Shown piece by piece: positions 58,543-64,000 of a stretch of DNA of 64,000 nucleotides. Source of the DNA: Klebsormidium nitens. Lineage: Eukaryota; Plantae; Klebsormidiophyceae. Every line of letters begins with the position of its first letter. Position 1 is the stretch's first letter. Under the pieces are notes generated by a model, which searched no databases, was not told the origin of the DNA, and saw nothing but the letters and a program-made list of their open reading frames with translations. The position numbers and the translations under genes are program-made. Location of the stretch: assembly GCA_000708835.1 (NCBI GenBank), contig DF237060.1:62001-126000 (forward strand), given 5' to 3'.

Positions 58543-61500
58543 ATGGACAGGTCAGGAGGCGGCACGGCCAGCAGCGCCGCTAGGGCGAAGGCCGTAGCGC
58601 GCCCCTCCTGGTGGGACTTGTACGAAGTGGTGGGGAAGATTGGAGAAGGGACCTACGGCCTCGTCTATCTGGTGCGAGTCAAAGACAAAGCGCAGGGCTA
58701 CAAGCTGGCAATTAAGAAGTTCAAGCCGTCCAAGGATGGGGACGGGGTATCCCCGACCGCTATACGGTGAGCTTTGACGCTTTTCACAATGGCCAGCTCT
58801 CCTGCATCGCACTGATGATGTAGCCGCTGGTCATGTTGAGACGCCTCAGTCCTAGTGGAAACCAGAAGCAGATGAAGCGGGCTTTCTTCATCCCAAAAAG
58901 GAGCTGAAGTTGCCTCTTCTCCGGCTCCTCGACCACCTCATGCACCGGATTTCAAGAAGCTATTTGACTTTGTACGCTGCAAACTCTTAATGCTCAGTGA
59001 GCCCCCAGCGTATGTAAGAATCGGGAGACTTGAGCCCAATGACAAATGGTCATCGGTCCTCTCTTCAGGAACAACTATGAGCAACTAGGACCAGAATGAG
59101 TTGGGTCTTCTTCTACGGGCAGAACAATTCTCACTCACCAGCAAACTAGTTGCCCAATATGTAACTGATCAAGCAACAAAAGCTGCTTTTGTGTGCAGAG
59201 AGATCATGCTCCTGCGAGAATGCTGCCACGAGAACATTGTCAAGCTGGTAAATGTTCACATCAACCACGCGGACGCGTCACTCTACCTGGCGTTTGACTA
59301 TGCCGAGTACGACCTCTATGTACGTTTTATACACCGCATCAGATCCATTCTGGGTCGCTTGATGTGATTGTGTTTATGAGAAAAGATTGTCTGGCGTCCT
59401 GGATACCTGGCTAACACACACTTCGGTCGTCAGTTGAGCGACATGGAGGCTGGGAGGAGAAACTGATCTGGTCAACCATGTAACCTTCTGGTGCGGCAGA
59501 AAGCAAGCCTCTAAAGAAACCCCCCCTGCCGTGCTCAAGGTTCTGGTTGGTAAGGACTGCGACAAACTGTGATGAGACATCCGATCCAGTCGAAGTTCCA
59601 AGCTCTTGCAGATGGAGAATTCTGATTGGAACCACTCTAAAGCTCCTCCCATCGCTCTTCTTCCACCGCTTGTATGAAACTCTTTTGAAACTTTCTGGCC
59701 CGCCCTCCGAGGAGTCACGGGACCCAGTCTGCCCCGCAGGAGATCATCCGCTTCCACCGTGAGAAGCTCCAGTATGCCATCAGTCCGTACACAGTCAAGT
59801 CCCTCATGTGGCAGATCCTCAATGGGCTCCACTATCTGCACAGGTAGGTCATCTATCAAAGCAGATGAGCAACAAGGAATTGTCGGACATTGTGAAGAAA
59901 GGTTTGGCAGTGACAAGAGGAACCAGTTTATATGTATGTGGAAGCCGCCCCAGGTAGTTCGTTCTTCATGAGATGGCCCACTTAGACATTGCAGAGCGCT
60001 CAAAATCTGGCTGCCAGGTTTGACCAATGAGACTGTGCCTCTCTGTCCGACTCAAAAGCCACACTGTCCTTGACTTTTCAACAAGGTTAGCGCAAACCTT
60101 CAAGATGAAATGCCTAGATCCCAACCAAGCACGGCCAAGACGTCTTCTGCGGCCTTGCTGTCGAAGGCCGCACGTGTCTTGATCGACTTTTATTTAGAAA
60201 CCCCCAAAGTCGGTCGCCTGCAGCAATTGGATCATCCACCGGGACCTTAAGCCGTCCAACATTCTGGTGATGCGGGAGGGGGACGAGGCGGGCGTCGTGA
60301 AGCTGGGCGACTTTGGCCTGGCGCGCATCTACCAGGCGCCGCTCAAGCCGCTCTCAGACAACGGGGTGAGACGTTCTTACACCTGAAGTGTCTTGGCAGA
60401 GTCTGAACCCCAATACTTGATTAAGATCAGGTTGTAAACGGTCATACTCCAAGTGCCGCAATACTACTTCAAACCTTTAAGTTTTTGAAAAAGTTTGCGA
60501 GCAGCTTCCGTATATGCAATACATGTTAATGTCAAGGTCTACCTAAAGTAATAGCAACTTTGACCGCGCCTTACTTTACAAAGAGATCTACACCTGTGGT
60601 CACTCCGTCTTTACATAACTAGGGTCTCGAAAAATGGTTCCTGAATCGACCTGCGCAATGATGTTCGTCATGACCTTAAATCCCCCTTCGAAGTCTCCTA
60701 GCAGCGCGTACTCGTTCTTGGAGTTCGTTAAAGAGTTGGTGGCTGTGCTTACGGCCGGCTGACCTGTGCAGTCGAGCGCAAGGTGCTGTGGACCACTTCA
60801 AACCTTTTAAAGCTCTTTGAACCTTTTGCTTTTTGACTTTTCAGGGATTCTGAAGATTCAACTGGAGTTGCGTCAAGTCTTGGACTTATCCGTAGGTCCA
60901 TTCGAAGCAAACGTCAGAACAATGTGGTCTCGATTTTGCCAGTACACTGTGACGGTGCGGTACCGCATGCCGGACCCGCTGCTCGATTTGAAAACCCCAA
61001 CAGATTCCCTTCCGATCGGATTTTTAACGTACTGGGACACAGAAATGAAGGTTAAGCTGCAGCGGATCTTTTAGGACTCGCAAGGAGGTCACGTCAGCGG
61101 CCCGTGCAGAGATTCGAGACCGCCGAACAGAAAGTTTTGCTTTGTGATACTGCTTCTTTGTAACGGCTGCAGTAGTTCCGGACAATAAAGCCTGGTCGGA
61201 TGGGAAGGCAAGAAAGTCCTGAAGGCAACGGGTATTCCGGTCAGTCTGAATCGAAGGAGTCTCCCGCCAAAGCACTCTCACAAGTATTGCGAGAAGTTTG
61301 GTAAGGATCAGTTCGGGACTCGTGAATAACAACTACCGCCATGCTTGGGACTCGTGGAGTTGATTCTCAAATTGTTGGGACTTCCGAACTTGTGAAGTGA
61401 GTCCAGAGTCCAAAATATGACTATTCTATCAAGGAGCGACCAAGAGAACGGTGAGAGTGACGCGGTCCCTGTTTGTGGTGACGGTTTGGTACCGTTCGCC

Positions 61501-63727
61501 CGATATGCTGCGGGGCACAAACAATTGCAATACTCTCCTTTTCATTGTCGAGGACTTCCACCCGGACACAAAGGCAAGTAATAAGTTGCAGCGGGCCTCG
61601 TAAGACTCAAGAATGAAGACACCAAGCAAACCCGGTCCCTATTTCGGCAGGTGGTGGTGACGGTATGGTACCGCTCGCCGGATTTGCTGCTGGGCGCGAA
61701 GCACTACACGCCGGCGGTGGACGTGTGGGCGGTGGGGTGCATCTTTGCGGAGCTGCTGACGCTCAAGCCGCTCTTCCAGGGGGTCGAGGACAAGGGCATG
61801 CACAACCCGTTCCAGATCGACCAGATCGACAAGATCTTCAAGGTCCTAGGTAATGGTCGAAGGCATTCAATCCTCTTTTTAGGGCCCTACTTAAAAGCAA
61901 AATTATTCCGTTTCTCTTCTGCTGTTCAGCGTAGTAGCGAATGACTGGCACTGGGCACGGCAAAGAATCCTTAGGAGCGGGAAAGCATGCACAGCCCGTT
62001 CCAGATCGACCAGATTGACAAGATCTTTAAAGTCTAGGTGATCATTGTCATTCGAGTTCTTCACGGTCCTAGGCAAAGACAGTTGTCATCAAGTCCTCCT
62101 TTTCTCTCAAAGTAGTCTCGAGTGGCGAGAGCGAGGAAGCATTGTCAGAGCTGGATAGGAGCGTTCACAACCCCTTTCAGTCGACCAGATCGACAAGATT
62201 CTCAAGGTCCTAGGTAGCGATGCATGTCACTATACGGTCCTTTCCTTGCGTCGTTCCACGTTGTGTTGAGTGACTCACAGTGGGCGTGCAAAGCCCTGCC
62301 GAATTGACCAAATCGAAAAGATTCTCAAAGTGTTAGGTGAGGCAATTACGCATTTTGCGCCTGCGCGTTTATTCTTGATTTGTTATTGTTGACAAACCCC
62401 TTTGCATCGAATGTTGGGGCAGGAGCTCTTGCTTCCTGCTTTCCCAACGTGTATCCCGAAGCAGTCGGTGTCGAGACGGTGCGTGAACACTGGTCAGGCA
62501 TTGCTTTAGAGTTGAAATGATGTTTTGCGAGACTCTGCTACCTTGGTTTTTATATCCAAAGATACAATCGGTCCATAAATTATGAAACTCATTCGGAGGC
62601 AAGACGTACCACGTGAGTGCGGTGCAAAGTCCTCTGCTGATCGCCTCGCCGCCTGCGTACAGGTCCCCCGTCTGTTGACACGTGGCCGGGCCTGGCGCAC
62701 CTCCCGTACTGGCAGCATAATCGGCAGTCCATCCAGAACAAGAAGTAGTACGTGTTTCTCGACACCCTTCCTGTTTGTACTCTCCAATCTGATAGTTTTG
62801 TTACAGATCAGTAACCGGCAGTAGGTGCAGTCGGTCCTGTCAGCCGCGATCCCCGTCTCAGCATCTGACCCCTCATCCAGAACGTGTGATCTCTTGTCTG
62901 CGCTCCCATCCCCTATGTCATGCTGTCACACGCAGTCTGCCAGTGCTTACTTGGGTATATGTCAGGCGCTATTTTCGCAATGCGAATCAGACGGCTTTTG
63001 ACCAAAGATCCTGAATCGGTTTCTGTCCCTCACTTCCCTGTGATCAAACAGCGCCTTCCCTCCATTCTCTCGTCGCCACATAGCCCTCCCAGCTTTCACT
63101 TTCAGACAGCCCCTGACATTAAGAGAGATTCCACGTGGCAGATCTCCTCCCGAACCCCCTTCATGCAACAAGACCAAACCCGCCATCCTTCTTTCTCGCA
63201 GTGACCACCCGCTTCTGCCGAGCATGACGGCGCACTTCGCAAAGACCGCCGCTTACGACCTGCTGACGAAGATGTTCGAGTACGACCCCGCCAAGAGGCT
63301 GACCGCCGAGCAGGCCCTTAAGCACGAGTACGTAACCCATTCTGGACTGGTTGATTGTCCTCACAACTTGAAAGCTAAGAGATTTCAATCAGGCGCCCGG
63401 GGGACGAACGGGTTAATGTTAGGCGTTAGGGTAGGTACGGGCATGAAGGTATGGTGAAAGGTCCTGGGATTTCTGGATCTCAGGCCTCGTAACTGTCCAA
63501 GGTTCTCGTTTTGAGCGAGCTGTGCAAGCTCGGTCCGAGCCCAACGTGAAATCTGATTGCAATTTTTTCGTGGAAGTAACAATTGCAGCCTTCAACTTGC
63601 CGTCAGCAATACAAAATGACAACGAGCTTTAGCATGAGGAAGCTGCCTTGCAGATGTCTGGTCCTTTGACGAAGGTTGTGGACTGCGCGTGCAGGTACTT
63701 CCGTCAGGAGCCGCTTCCCGGAAAGAA
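58543..63727 (+). CDS. CDKE: Cyclin-dependent kinase E / CDK8 (Mediator kinase), 3'-partial
   Basis: Exons 58543-58766, 59199-59319, 59740-59843, 60224-60365, 61651-61849, 62663-62744, 63202-63327 and 63695-63727, continuing past the window. Motifs GEGTYG, SPTAIRE (plant CDKE signature), [14 protein letters not shown] and VVTVWYRSP. Confidence 0.93.
60943..61530 (+). repeat. Copies of the CDKE exon-5 acceptor side
   Basis: GTGGTGACGGTTTGGTACCGTTCGCCCGATATGCTG (near 61475) and GTGACGGTGCGGTACCGCATGCCGGAC (near 60949) vs true GTGGTGACGGTATGGTACCGCTCGCCGGATTTGCTG. Confidence 0.75.
61975..62345 (+). repeat. Three decaying copies of the CDKE exon-5 donor junction
   Basis: Copies of CACAACCCGTTCCAGATCGACCAGATCGACAAGATCTTCAAGGTCCTAG|GT with GT at 62038, 62214 and 62337 (true GT at 61850). 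Confidence 0.92.
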
Positions 63728-64000
63728 GTGAGTTGCCTTCCCACGAGTCCTGTCGGCTCATTCTGGTCTGTGGCGAGGCCTCGAACCTCAGAAAATGCGA
63801 TGTTGAAAGCCGGCTTTTGCCTTTTTCTGCATGAGAGCTGCTCGGCTGGCTTGCGGTAGAAAGTCCGCTTCCATCTGGCACCAAAGGGAACCAGGCCAGC
63901 CAGCGCTCGCGTGTTTTCTCTCCCTTTCTTTCGAATCAAAGAGCAGTTGGTCGATAAGAGTGCATAGTCTCACCAATCGTTGCCGATGTACATTCTTGCA

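Noticed and set aside
1-64000. tRNA, rRNA or other structured RNA genes
   Set aside because: No cloverleaf or rRNA-like sequence recognised by eye. A covariance-model scan would be needed to exclude small ncRNAs.

Overview
This is eukaryotic nuclear DNA from a green plant lineage: spliceosomal introns, plant-type CDKE, ClpR2 and PAM71, and a CCCTAAAA telomere-type tract. A charophyte alga such as Klebsormidium is my inference, not proven. In order, the window holds: (1) about 7.5 kb of decayed transposon fragments; (2) a ten-exon gene for a giant (at least 1811 aa), mostly disordered protein ending in TPR and J domains; (3) an array of 8 intronless F-box-like genes with an unrecognised C-terminal domain (5 intact, 3 broken), including an inversion; (4) a hidden 4-exon orphan gene; (5) intronless PAM71; (6) ClpR2; (7) VPS26; (8) a charged-helix protein ending in a CaaX box; (9) CDKE, which runs off the end. 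The most unusual signal is in the introns of ClpR2, VPS26 and CDKE. They carry arrays of decaying copies ('echoes') of their own exon-intron junctions, each a splice site plus about 50-80 nt of adjacent exon. Spacing is mostly about 120-190 nt (mean about 145 nt in ClpR2), and copies generally decay with distance from the live exon. All gene models were assembled by hand from splice motifs and reading-frame phase, without RNA evidence.
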